64,000 nt of DNA from Mobula hypostoma (taxonomy: Eukaryota). The notes under the pieces are model-generated. The model was not told where the DNA came from. It searched no databases and saw nothing but the letters and a program-made list of their open reading frames with translations. The position numbers and the translations under genes are program-made. Each line of letters opens with the position of its first letter. Positions within the stretch are counted from its first letter, which is position 1. Positions 25,440 to 37,268 of this stretch are shown one piece after another. Where the stretch lies: NCBI RefSeq assembly GCF_963921235.1, contig NC_086097.1:129458001-129522000 (forward strand), read 5' to 3'.

Positions 25440-26522
25440 GTTAGGTACCAGAAGGCTTCTCGGTTCACAAAATAAACCAAACTGCTGAAAAGGCAAAAGG
25501 TGGAGATGTGTATTTCGTGATAAGCTCTCAGTGGTGCTCCGATGTGGCGGTTTCATCAAACTCATGTTCCCCCAACTTTAGACGTATAATGATCAAACAC
25601 TATCCATTCTATTTACCAAGGAGTTGTCCTCCATTATCCTGACCACAGTTTACATACCATCAGTGACCGAATATAATCAAGTGTTTGAGATACTGTATGA
25701 TGTCGTCTCCAAACAAAAAACAGCCCAAAGCATTTCAAATTATAGTCAGGGACTTCAACCAGGCTTGCTTGAAGAAAATCCTGCCCAATTACCATCAGAA
25801 CCAGAGGTTTCAACACACTAGACCACTGTTACACTAAGATAAGGAATGCCTCATGTTCCATGCCTCAAATGCATTTTGGTAAATCTGATTACTTGGCTGT
25901 CCTCCTCCTACCTGCAAAGCTCCAGAGATTAGGACAACAAAGAGGTGGTCACAGGAGGCAAAGGAATTGCTATGGGAATACTTCAAGGTGGTGGTCTGGG
26001 CCATGTTCAAGGATTCATCTATGGATCTAATGAATACACCATGGTTGTCATAGACTTTATTAAAACAGTTGTTGATGAGGGTGTCATTCAGAGTCTTCCC
26101 CAACCAAAAGCCCTGGATGAAGCAGGAGATCCCAAATCTACTGAGGGCCAGATCAGAGGCACCCAAGTCTGGTGACCAAGCAAGTTACAAGAGGTCCAGG
26201 TAAATCTTTGGAAAACCATCTCATGGGTGAAGTAGCAATTCTGGACTAAACTAGCATCAATGTAGGATGCTCAACAGTTGTGGCAGGGCTTGAATATTAT
26301 CACCTCTTATAAAGTTAAGTCAAGCAAAATTTGAGACAGCAGGGCTTCACTTCCAGATGAGCTCAATGCCCTCTATGCCTACTTTGCCATCAAAATATGG
26401 AGGAACCATCATGAACTGCCACAGCCTTTGATGGTCCTGTGGTTTCAGTCTCTGTGGCCAACATGCAAGCAGCTTTCAGGAGGGTGAACCCCCGAAACCA
26501 TCAGCCCAGACGGGGTACCTGG
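25440..26522 (+). mobile_element. Rex1/Babar LINE fragment (AP endonuclease region)
   Basis: PFYLPRELSSIILTTVYIP and downstream linker remnants. Confidence 0.72.
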
Positions 26523-26890
26523 TTTGATTTGATGACTCAATGGATATATTGATTTGATGGGATACTCGTATCATTTCGGGGCCATCCCTCCCCCTCCTGT
26601 CTTCTCCTATCATTTCGGGACGATCTCTCCCCCTCCAGTCTTCTCCTATCATTTCGGGACCATCTCTCCCCCTCCGGTCTTCTCCTATCATTTCGGGACC
26701 ATCTCTCCCCCTCCAGTCTTCTCCTATCTTTTTTGGTCTCCCCGTCCCCCTCCCACTTTCAAATCTCTTACTAGCTCTTCTTTCAGTTAGTCCTGACGAA
26801 GGGTCTTGGCCCGAAACGTCAACTGCACCTCTTCCTATAGATGCTGCCTGGCCTGCTGCGTTCACCAGCACTTTTTGTGTGTGTTGCTTC
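26523..26890 (+). mobile_element. Penelope-like 3' terminus with hammerhead motif
   Basis: Same young subfamily as 14899-15034; CTGACGA at 26793-26799 and GAAACGTC at 26813-26820. Confidence 0.82.
26569..26728 (+). repeat. 39-bp tandem repeat, 4 copies
   Basis: Unit TATCATTTCGGGACCATCTCTCCCCCTCCAGTCTTCTCC starting at 26569, 26608, 26647, 26686. Confidence 0.9.
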
Positions 26891-27394
26891 AAAGACTTGT
26901 GCTGATTGTTTGATATTTCCTGTACATATTTTGTGAATAAACTTTATTTCTTAAAATGAAAAATGCAACACCTTTGAATAGCTCTCAGCAGTGGAAATGC
27001 TGTCTGAATGTTGCTTTTCTGTAGCCTATGTGTACTGAGGCCAAGTTAAGATCTCCATGCAGTCTTAGGATGTCCTTCCCTGATACTAAGCACTATTCCA
27101 CACAAGGAAGTGGATTCACCAACTTAGCTATCAGGAAAATGAGTCACAACTGCTATCTGCTATCTTAAAATGTTCCAGATCTTAACATGATCCTTTTATA
27201 TCTGTGTGTGTCTTTGTGCAGATTTTCTGTATAGCTGTGCTCTCAGTTACCAGCATACAAAAATGTTCACTCTGGAAGAATAACTATCATAATATCATCA
27301 CTTCTTTAGAGAAAGAACTTTTGTTGGTTCGTTGGGAAATTTGTGTCCAGAATTGAACTCATAGATGGACATCACACACTATTTTTTTCATTAA

Positions 27395-28015
27395 AAATCC
27401 TACAGCACAATACAGGCCCTTTGGCCCACAATGCTGTGTCAAACATGTACTTACTTAGAAATTACCTAGAGTTCCACATAGCCCTCTATTCTTCTAAGCT
27501 CCATGTACCTATTCAGAGTCTCTTAAAAGCCCCTATCATATCCACCTCCAGCACCACCGCTGCTGGCAGCCCATTCCACGCACTCACCACTCTCTGTGTA
27601 AAAAACTTACCCCTGACATCTCCTCTGCACCTTCTTCCAAGCACCTTAAAACTGTTCCCTCTCGTGCTAGCCATTTCAGCCCTGGGAAAAAGCTTCTGAC
27701 TATCCACATGATCAATGCCTCTCATCATCTTATACACCTCTATCAGGTCACCTCCCATCCTCCACCGCTCCAAGGAGAAAAGGCCAAGTTCACCCAACCT
27801 ATTCTCATAAGGCATGCTCCCCAATCCAGGCAACATCCTTGTAAATCTACTCTACACCCTTTCTATAGTTTTTGCATCCTTCCTGTAGTGAGGTGAACAG
27901 AACTGAGCACAGTACTCCAAGTGGCTCTCCTAATTTCATTCTTAAGCTCCTTCCTGCTAGCCTTATAATCTTGTAGATCTCTATCATTCCTTAGTTTTTT
28001 GAACCTTCCCATCTT
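27395..28015 (-). mobile_element. CR1 3' end joined to an internal CR1 fragment
   Basis: MLPGLGSMPYENRLGELGLFSLE...FFTQRVVSAWNGLP. Confidence 0.85.
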
Positions 28016-28039
28016 GCGGCTTGGATTATAAGTAGCCTT

Positions 28040-29200
28040 GGGGTTGAGTGTGGGCTGCTGGTTTCTCTTGTCAGGATTGCCTGAGAGCAACCTGCCCGTG
28101 GAAGGCTAGAGCGGCCTCTTGTCATCTTTAGGCCGTGTTGAAGAACCGTTGCTTCATGGAGCCTTGCTGTCGGTAGTCGGAGTTGTCTCTGCGGTATGGA
28201 TTCGGCTGTTTCCCAGGCCAGCTGAGTGGCTGCCAGCCGCTCCGAGCTAGGTAGGGATCCGGCTGTTTCTGTAGCCAGCTGAGGTTGCAGGCCGTAACTG
28301 CGACTCAGAGCAACCCCAATGCAGAGATGGAACTGTCTGTCATTCTTCAGTGTTTGTCTTGTCTTATCCTTGCCTCTGTGGGGTAAGTCAGGCCATTCTG
28401 CAGTTGTCCTGCGGGGAATCTGTCTTGTCTTGCCCTCACCATGGGGTAAGTCAGGCCGTTCTGCTGTTGTCCTGCGGGGAATCTGTCTTGTCTTGTCCTC
28501 GCCTCCATTTGGTAAGTCAGGCCGTTCTGCCGTTGCCCTGTGGGGGGCGGGGGGGGGGTCCTGACCTATCTTGTCTTGTCTTTGTCTCTGTTGGGTAAGT
28601 CCGGCCGTTCTGCCGTTACCGGATGGATAGTCCTGTCCCAACTTGGTGTGGAGTTAAAGTTGAGTCCCGGTTTGTCCAAGTATAAGTCCTGGCTCTATGT
28701 TTATGTACTGTCTAGTCTTGTGTTAGTGTTGTATTAAAGATGAGTCCTGGCTTTTCGAAGGATAAGTCCCAGCTCTATGTTGATGGACAGTTCCCAGTCT
28801 CCAAGCTCCAGCCTCCGAGTTATCAGCCTCAAGCCTCAAGAGCCAAGACTCCAGCCACGTCCTGTCCTGTAGCCATGTCATGTCCTTACCTAGTTCTGGG
28901 GTCCAAGCCCAAGGCAAGACCCAGGTCCTGGGTCCTTGTCCAGTCTTTGGCTCAGAGTCCAAGCCCAGGCTCCTAGTTCATTGTTCCTTGTCCGGGATCA
29001 ACGGGTATGGGGTGAATGCAGCAGAGTGGGGATGACTGGAAGAATTGGATCAGCCCATGATTGTCACGGGGGGGGGGGTGGGCGTTGATGGCGGACCCAA
29101 ATGCAAGACACAGACACTGAAGTACTGGGAACAGAACTTGACTAGAGTAGGGACGTAACAGGATACAGACAAGGAGCAGGGACAAGAACGCAGACTGGGC
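28040..29200. mobile_element. LTR-like element with internal ~60-bp tandem repeats, rearranged
   Basis: GGTAAGTCAGGCCGTTCTGC...TGTCTTGTCTTG repeated 4 times (28350-28620); minus-strand ...TTGGGTCCGCC...CGTGACA end at 29062 resembles a Gypsy LTR terminus. Confidence 0.45.
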
Positions 29201-31110
29201 TGGTTTTCCTCATCCACTTTCATGTTAAAATCCCAGCGATTATCATGACATTGCCTTTCTGACATGTCTTTTCTATCTCCTGCTGTAATTTGTAATCAAC
29301 ATCCCGGCTGCTGTTTGGAGGCCTGTATACAACTGCCATTAGGGTCCTTTTACCCTTACCATTTCTTAACTCAACCCATAGAGACTCTACACCTTCCAAT
29401 CCTATGTCATCCCTTTCCAATGATTTAATATTATTTCTTGTACACAGAGCCACACCAGCCCCTCTGTCTACTAACCTATCATTCCGGTATACCGTATATC
29501 CTTGGGCATTCAGCTCCCAATGGCAGCCATCCTTTAGCTAAATTTTAGAGAATGCCAGAAGGTCATATTTACCAATCTGTTGCTGAATTTCAAGATTGTC
29601 CATTTTATTCCTTATGCTGCGTGCATTCAAATACAACACTCTCAGTCCAGTATCTGTTGCTTTCTGTTTTAACTGCATCACACCTCTATTGTCCTGTATC
29701 CACTGCCCTGCCACTGGCTTTGAATAAGCTTCATCTTCTGCCTATCCTTTCTATAATCTCTGTTGCATGCTATCTTTTATTTAGTTCTGTCTTCCCCTTC
29801 CTTAGCCCTATCACTCTGGTTCCCATCCCCCTGCCAAATTAGTTTAAACCCTCCCTAACAGGTCTATTAAATGTGCCCACGAGGATATTGGACCCCTTTG
29901 GGTTCAGGTGTAACCTGTTCTTTTTGTACAGGTCGTACCTCCCCCAGAAGACAACCCAGTGATCCAGGAATCCGGAGCCCTGCCCCTACACCAGTCTCTC
30001 AGTCACACATTAATATGCCTGATCATGTTATTCTTGCACTCACTAGCACGTGGCACAGGCAGCAATCGTGAGATTACTACGCCAAAGGTCCTGCCTTTCA
30101 GCTTCCTACCTCTGAATTCTCTCTTCAGGACCTCCTCCCTTTTTCTACCTATGTCATTGGTACCAACATGTACCAAGACTTCTGGCTGTTCATCCTTGCC
30201 CTTCAGAATACTCTGCACCCGATTAGAAACATCCCGTACCCTGGCACCTGGGAGGCAACACACCATGCAGCAATCTCTAGCAGGCTGACAGAACGTCCTG
30301 TCTGTTCCCCTCATTATGGAATCCCCTATGACTACTGCATTCCTCATCTTCCTCTTTCCCTTCTGCTCCACAGAACCAGGCTCAGTGCCAGAGATCCAGT
30401 TGCCGTGGTCGTTCTCTGTCAGGTCATTCCCCTCAACCGCATCCAAAACGAGATAACGATTATTGAGGGGGATGGCCACAGGGGTGCCCTCTACTATCTG
30501 AGCTCTTTCCCTCGCTTCCCTGACAGTCACCCACTTATCGAACTCCTGCAGCCTCGGGGTGACTAACTCCCTGTAGCTCCTCTCTATCTCCTGTTCACTC
30601 TCCCTAATAAGCTGTAGGTCATCGAGCTGCAGCTCCAGATCCCTAACATGGTCCCTCAGAAACTGCATCTCAGTGCACTTGGCGCAGATGTGGCCATCTG
30701 GGAGACTGGAAGATTCCCAGGATTCCCACATCTGACACCCAGAGCAAATACTAACCCTACCAACATGCTTGCTATTCCTCAAAACAAATATGCGAAGAAA
30801 AACTAAAAACGAAGTCAACTTACCCACTTACCTTGATGAAGCCTGAATGAGCAAAAGCCTGTTGCTTCTACTCTTGGCACTGGCTTACTCCAGACAATGG
30901 CCACTCCGCTTATCCCTTCTGTACTTTTATTTAGTTCATAGAGCTCTGTTGATCCCACTGATAGGCCACATACAATGGACTAACACCCACGAAGCTCTCG
31001 TTTTAAATCACCAACTCTGACCTGCGAGAAGCTCATCGAGCTCAGTTGCCACCACTGATAGGCCCCGCACAATGGAATGACAGCCACGAAGCTCTCGTTT
31101 TTAATCACCT
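29200..31110 (-). mobile_element. CR1 LINE 5' portion (5' UTR, ORF1, start of ORF2 endonuclease)
   Basis: ORF1 below; ORF2 VESLWVELRN...VVYRPPNS...GDFN. Confidence 0.88.
30003..30766 (-). pseudogene. CR1 ORF1: Cys-rich zinc finger/leucine zipper plus SGNH/GDSL esterase domain
   Basis: CSGC...CAKC, heptad leucines, VVIGDSI, CLPGARV, VHVGTNDI; C-terminus frameshifted. Confidence 0.85.
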
Positions 31111-31885
31111 GAACATTTGCCATATTTCTGCTGTACATTTCCCTGAGAACATCTATTCCCAATTAATGCTTCCAAGTTGCTGCCTGATAGCTTCATATTT
31201 CCCCTTACTCCAATTAAACGCTTTCCTAGCATGTCTGTTCCTATCCCTCTCCAATTTTATGGTAAAGGAGATAGAATTGTGATCTCTAGCTCCAAAATGT
31301 TCTCCCACTAAGAGATCTGACACCTGACCAGGTTCACTTCCCAATACCAGATCAAGTACAGCCTCTCCTCTTGTAGGCTTACCTACATATTGTGTCAGGA
31401 AACCTTCCTGAACACACCTAACAAACTCCAACCCATCTAAACCCCTGGTTCTAGGGAGATGCCAATCAATACTTGGGAAATTAAAATCTCCCACCACGAC
31501 AACCCTGTTATTATTACACCTTTCCAGAATCTGTCTCCCTATCTGCTCATTGATGCCCTGTTACTATTGGGTGGTCTATAAAAAACACCCAGTAGAGTTA
31601 TTGACCCCCTCCTGTTCCTAACTTCCACCCACAGAGACTCAGTAGACAATCCCTCCCTGACTTCCTTCTTTTCTGCAGTCGTGACACTATCTCTGATCAG
31701 CAGTGCCACGCCCCAACCTCGTTTGCCTCCTTCGCTGTCTTTTCTGAAACATCTAAAACCTGGCACTCTATAACCATTCCTGCCCCTGAGCCATCCAAGT
31801 CTCTGTAATGGCCACAACATCATACCTCCAAGTACTGACCCACGCTCTAAGCTCATCCACTTTGTTCATGGTGCTTCTTGCATTT
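31111..31885 (-). mobile_element. CR1 ORF2 endonuclease fragment
   Basis: GKRGWGVALLI, ESLWVEV, GVFYRPPNS, VGDFNFPSIDW, PTRGEAVLDLVL. Confidence 0.85.
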
Positions 31886-33554
31886 TCATACAATGTATTA
31901 AGAAAACCCATGTATTTCCAAAGAGCTGCAGCACAATCTCATTGTGTTATGCTACATAAAGCAACAAAGAAGAAGACTCAAAATCCATTGATATCTCATT
32001 TATATTGACAGAGCAATAAATCAATGTAAAGGCTTTGATGAAAGCCAGAAGGTTTTCTCTTTGTTACTGATCAAAAATCATTTTGAATTTGTTACATTTC
32101 CTGTTTGCTCTTTCCTCTCACCAATCTTTGCAAGGTAGCCATGAGCACAATACAACAACATTCTGGTTGTTGACACCTGAAATCTTAACCTTTCCATCAA
32201 AATATCTGGAACACTGAGGGAGTTCCATCCCCTCAGTGACATTCAGACTCTCCTGGTTATAAGAGCCCTCTTTCACTCCGAGGAATCCTTCAACTAACTT
32301 CTGAAAGGAAATGTCAGCTACCTATGAAAAATGATTCTTGGTTGCATGTAATGTGTATCTTATTATCATTCAACAGGAGATTCACAATGCTAGCAAATCA
32401 ATACAGATCTGATATAAACGTACATGAGGATCTGATCACAGATCCCTTGAGATCTGGGAATTACATTTATGACTCTGATTTTACACCCAAGATCTGCACA
32501 ATAACCTTTACTACAGCATGTGTACTTTCCACGTCATCTATCTCAGTTACACAACTGCAGTGATGAAAGCCAATTTAACCAATATTTTGAGTCATTTCAT
32601 TCTATGGGCTTCCAACCTCCATTCAGCATGTTGGATCTAAGCGTAATTATTTTGGTTTTTTTATGTTGTTCCCCTATTACTGAGGAAGGTTTTTCTTGGG
32701 GGAATGTCTTGCACATGTCCCTTGGGTTTTTAATCCCTTGAGTTAAATGCTACCACAGTCTGAAATGCCTATTGTGTAGTCCATTGAGACAGTGCAGCAG
32801 GATATTTGATGACCTCAAGTACACAGAGTTGACTGAATGAGGCCAGACAGGGGTGTATTGGAATAGTTGAGTCTTGAGGTTAGAAGAAAGCATGTGTGAG
32901 GACATTGACTGAGGACAGGACTAGAACTGGGTGACGTAACCAAGGCAAAAATAGACAGTCTTAGTGATATGTGGTCAGGCACTCACTTTGAGATCAGAAA
33001 ATGTGCTAAGATTGTAAGTAGTCTAGTTAGTTTTTCACGGAGGTGTTACATTTCTTAACGTAGCCTGGGTTTGGCCAGCTGTCTTGCTCCAGCTGCCAAA
33101 GAGAACTTAAAATACCAGGAACCTAATTTACACCATTTGATAGTCATAGTCATAGTCATACTTTATTGATCACGGGTGAAATTGGTTTTCGTTACAGTTG
33201 CACCATAAATAATAAATAGTAATAGAACCATAAATAGTTAAAATATTGGCATAAGTATCAGTCTTCTCAATGGGATTGAAATGAACCTCATCACAAATAT
33301 TTACTTTATGGATTAAGCAGCATAAATGCTATAATTCCTTGCCCTTCCAAACCCTTCGACCACTGTGCCCTGTGATATCATGGTAGACTTTGCACCTCAG
33401 ACATACATGTATGTTTCTCTCTTCCCCTCTTCTGTCCCAAACACTTCACATAAAACTATCCGGAATGAAGTGTTGACAGCACATAGCACTCTACTTCCAA
33501 TACTGAGGAAAACTCCATAAGTAAATAAAGAGAAATGGTTTCCATTGGCTGATG

Positions 33555-33830
33555 CAGGGGTATGGTAACATAGTGGTTAAATTATTGGCTTAGTAAAGAG
33601 TCCTGGATTAGTGAATCAGAGTTCATATCCCAGCATGGAGTCTGGGAACTTGAATTCAAGTAATTAAATAAAGATGGAATTTTCTCTTTTTTAAAAATGT
33701 TTACCCCACCGGCAGTAACAATGAAACCAGATTTTAGTAGCAACCCATCTGGCTTACTCATGTGCATTCTGGAAGGAAATCGGCCTCCTGTACCCTGGTT
33801 GGCATAAATGTGGCTCCAAAGATCACTCAG
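33555..33830 (+). mobile_element. Old tRNA-derived SINE
   Basis: A box AACATAGTGG, B box GAGTTCATATCC; body shared with minus-strand copies near 470-550, 8325-8400 and 54585-54790. Confidence 0.6.
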
Positions 33831-33835
33831 ACATA

Positions 33836-36800
33836 TATAGAACATAGAACAGGAAAGCTCCGTTCAGACCCTCCAGCCTACGATATTGTGCAGGCCATTT
33901 AACCTACCCTGAGATCAACCTAATACTTCCCTCACACATGTCCCTCCATTTTTTCAAGCATGTGTTTATCTAAGAATCCCTTAAATGTCACTGATGTATC
34001 TGCCTCTACTGTCACCCCTGGAAGAGTGTTCTATACATCCACCACTCTCTGTGTAAAAAACCCACCTCTGACATCTCCCTAAATTTTCCTTCAATCACCT
34101 TAAAATAATGCACTCTCAAATTATTTATTTGCACCCAGTCTATCAATGCCTCTTATCATCTTATACACTTCTATCAAGTCACCTCTCATCTCACTTCAGT
34201 CCAAAGAGAAAACCCTCATAGAAACATAGAAACATAGAAAATAGGTGCAGGAGTAGGCCATTCGGCCCTTCGAGCCTGCACCGCCATTTATTATGATCAT
34301 GGCTGATCATCCAACTCAGAACCCAGCCTTCCCTCCATACCCCCTGACCCCTGTAGCCACAAGGGCCATATCTAACTTCCTTTTAAACATAGCTAATGAA
34401 CTGGCCTCAACAGTTTGCTGTGGCAGAGAATTCCACAGATTCACCACTCTCTGTGTGAAGAAGTTTTTCCTAACCTCGGTCCTAAAAGGCTTCCCCTCTA
34501 TCCTCAAACTGTGACCCCTCGTTCTAGACCTCCCCAACATCGGGAACAATCTTCCCGCATCTAGCCTGTCCAATCCCTTTAGGATCTTATACGTTTCAAT
34601 CAGATCCCCCCTCAATCTTCTAAATTCCAACGAGTACAAGCCCAGTTCATCCAGTCTTTCTTCATATGAAAGACCTGCCATCCCAGGAATCAATCTGGTG
34701 AACCTTCTTTGTACTCCCTCTATGGCAAGGATGTCTTTCCTCAGATTAGGGGACCAAAACTGCACACAATACTCCAGGTATGGTCTCACCAAGGCCTTGT
34801 ACAACTGCAGTAGTACCTCTCTGCTCCTGTACTCGAATCCTCTCGCTATAAATGCCAGCATACCGTTCGCCTTTTTCACCGCCTGCTGTACCTGCATGCC
34901 CACTTTCAATGACTGGTGTATAATGACACCCAGGTCTCGTTGCACCTCCCCTTTTCCTAATCGGCCACCATTCAGATAATAATCTGTTTTCCTATTTTTG
35001 CCACCAAAGTGGATAACTTCACATTTATCCACATTAAATTGCATCTGCCATGAGTTTGCCCACTCACCCAACCTATCCAAGTCACCCTGCATCCTCTTAG
35101 CATCCTCCTCACTGCTAACACTGCCACCCAGCTTTGTGTCATCCGCAAACTTGGAGATGCTGCATTTAATTCCCTCATCCAAGTCATTAATATATATTGT
35201 AAACAACTGGGGTCCCAGCACTGAGCCTTGCGGTACCCCACTAGTCACCGCCTGCCATTCTGAAAAGGTCCCGTTTATTCCCACTCTTTGCTTCCTGTCT
35301 GCTAACCAATTCTCCACCCACACCAATACCTTACCCCCAATACCGTGTGCTTTAAGTTTGCACACTAATCTCCTGTGTGGGACCTTGTCAAAAGCCTTTT
35401 GAAAATCCAAATATACCACATCCACTGGTTCTCCCCTATCCACTCTACTAGTTACATCCTCAAAAAATTCTATGAGATTCGTCAGACATGATTTTCCTTT
35501 CACAAATCCATGCTGACTTTGTCCGATCATTTCACCGCTTTCCAAATGTGCTGTTATCACATCCTTGATAACTGACTCCAGCAGTTTCCCCACCACCGAC
35601 GTTAGGCTAACCGGCCTATAATTCCCCGGTTTCTCTCTCCCTCCTTTTTTAAAAAGTGGGGTTACATTAGCCACCCTCCAATCCTCAGGAACTAGTCCAG
35701 AATCTAACGAGTTTTGAAAAATTAAGGCGCACTCTCTAATCCAGGCAACATCTGGGTAAATCTCCTCTGCACCATCCATACAGCTTCACAAGAGTCCTAT
35801 GATGAAGCAATCAGAAATGAACACACTGCTCCAAGTGTAGTCTAACCATAGTTTTACATAGCTGCAACATTACCTCATGGTTCTTGAACTTATATCCCCC
35901 AACTAATGAAGGCCAGCATATCATACACCTTCTTAATAACCTTATCAGTTTGAGGATGAATGGATGTGGACTCCAATATCCCTCTGTTCCTCCACACTAC
36001 TAAGACTCCTGTTTTTAACCTTGTATTTTGCCTTCATTTTCGACCTTCAAATTTGTATCCCTTTACACTTCTCCAGATTGAACTCCATCTGCCACTTCTC
36101 AGCCCAGCTCTGCATCCTAAGAATGCCCCGCTGTAACCTGCAACAACCTTCTACACCAACCACAGCACCACCAACCTTTGCATCATCTGCAAACTTACTC
36201 ACCTACAGTACCGTTCCATTTTCTCGTCCACGTCATTTATAAAAATCACAAAGAGGATCAGTCTCAGAACAGATTCTTGTGGAACACAACTAGTCACTAA
36301 TCTCTGGGTAGAATAAACTCCATGTTCAACCAAACTCTGCCTTCTATGGCAGGCCAGTTCTGAATCCATGCAGCAAAATTTCCCTGGATTCCATGCCTCC
36401 TAAATTTCTCTACAAGCGTACCATGGAGAACTTTGTTAAATGCCTTACTAAAATCCATATCCACTCTCTCCCCTCATCAGTATGTTTTCTCTCTTCCTTG
36501 AAGAATTCAATCAAGCTCATGAAGTACAATCTGCCTATCACAAAGCCATGTTGACCAACCCTAATTAGTGTACGCTTCTCCAAACGTTTGTAAATCTTGC
36601 CTCTAGGAATCCTTTCCAATAGCTTGCTCACCTCTGATGTAAGACTCACTGCTCTCGAATTCCAGGATTATCCCTATTACCTTTCTTGAACAAAGGAATA
36701 ACATTTGCAACCCTCCAATCTTCTGGTACTACACCTGACGAGAGAGAATGCAAAGATCATCACCAAAGATCTCTTCCTTCGCTATCCGTGGTAATCTGGG

Positions 36801-36995
36801 GAAATTCCCATCAAGCCCTGGGGACTTATCTATCCTAACGTTTTTTAAAAGTTCCAACACATCCTCTTTTTTAATATTGACATGTTCCAGCACATTAGCC
36901 TGCTCTACACGGTCCTCATATTCTTCAAGATCCCTCTCATTAGTGAATTCTGAAACAAAGCATTCATCAGGACCACCCTACCTCCTCTGCCTCTG
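33836..36995 (-). mobile_element. Older CR1 LINE interrupted by a young CR1
   Basis: CR1 tail at 33836; coding remnants resume at ~35725 (GQHGFVIGRLYFMSLIEFF). Confidence 0.8.
34316..35724 (-). CDS. Uninterrupted CR1 ORF2 reverse transcriptase domain of a young, 5'-truncated copy (element ~34217-35724)
   Basis: NYRPVSLTS, QHGFVKGKSC, YLDFQKAFDKV, GVPQGSVLGP, FADD; no stops over ~470 codons; (CATAGAAA)n tail; no endonuclease and no native start. Confidence 0.9.
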
Positions 36996-37268
36996 AGCGT
37001 ATGTCTTCGACCTGAAATATTAACTCCCTACTTCCTTCCACAGATGCTGCCTGACCTGCTGAATATTTCCAACAAATTTTTTGCTTTTATTCAATGCCGC
37101 CAATGTGGTTGACTCTAGATTGCCATCTTAGGTGGGGCAGTTGGAGTTTGACAATTGGGAAAAATGTTCATAACCAGTGGATTAAAATTCCAATGTCTGG
37201 TGAAGTAATTAACATGAAGAAAAGATTATCTTGACAATGAGGGTGGACTGAAATTCAATTGTAGACTT

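Noticed and set aside
26569..26728. CRISPR-like repeat array
   Set aside because: Head-to-tail tandem units with no unique spacers, in a eukaryotic context with no cas genes
27991..28641. 216-aa ORF with internal repeats
   Set aside because: Translation of non-coding tandem repeats in an LTR-like element; no recognisable domain
30003..30827. Host GDSL esterase gene
   Set aside because: It is CR1 ORF1, directly upstream of CR1 ORF2 endonuclease sequence
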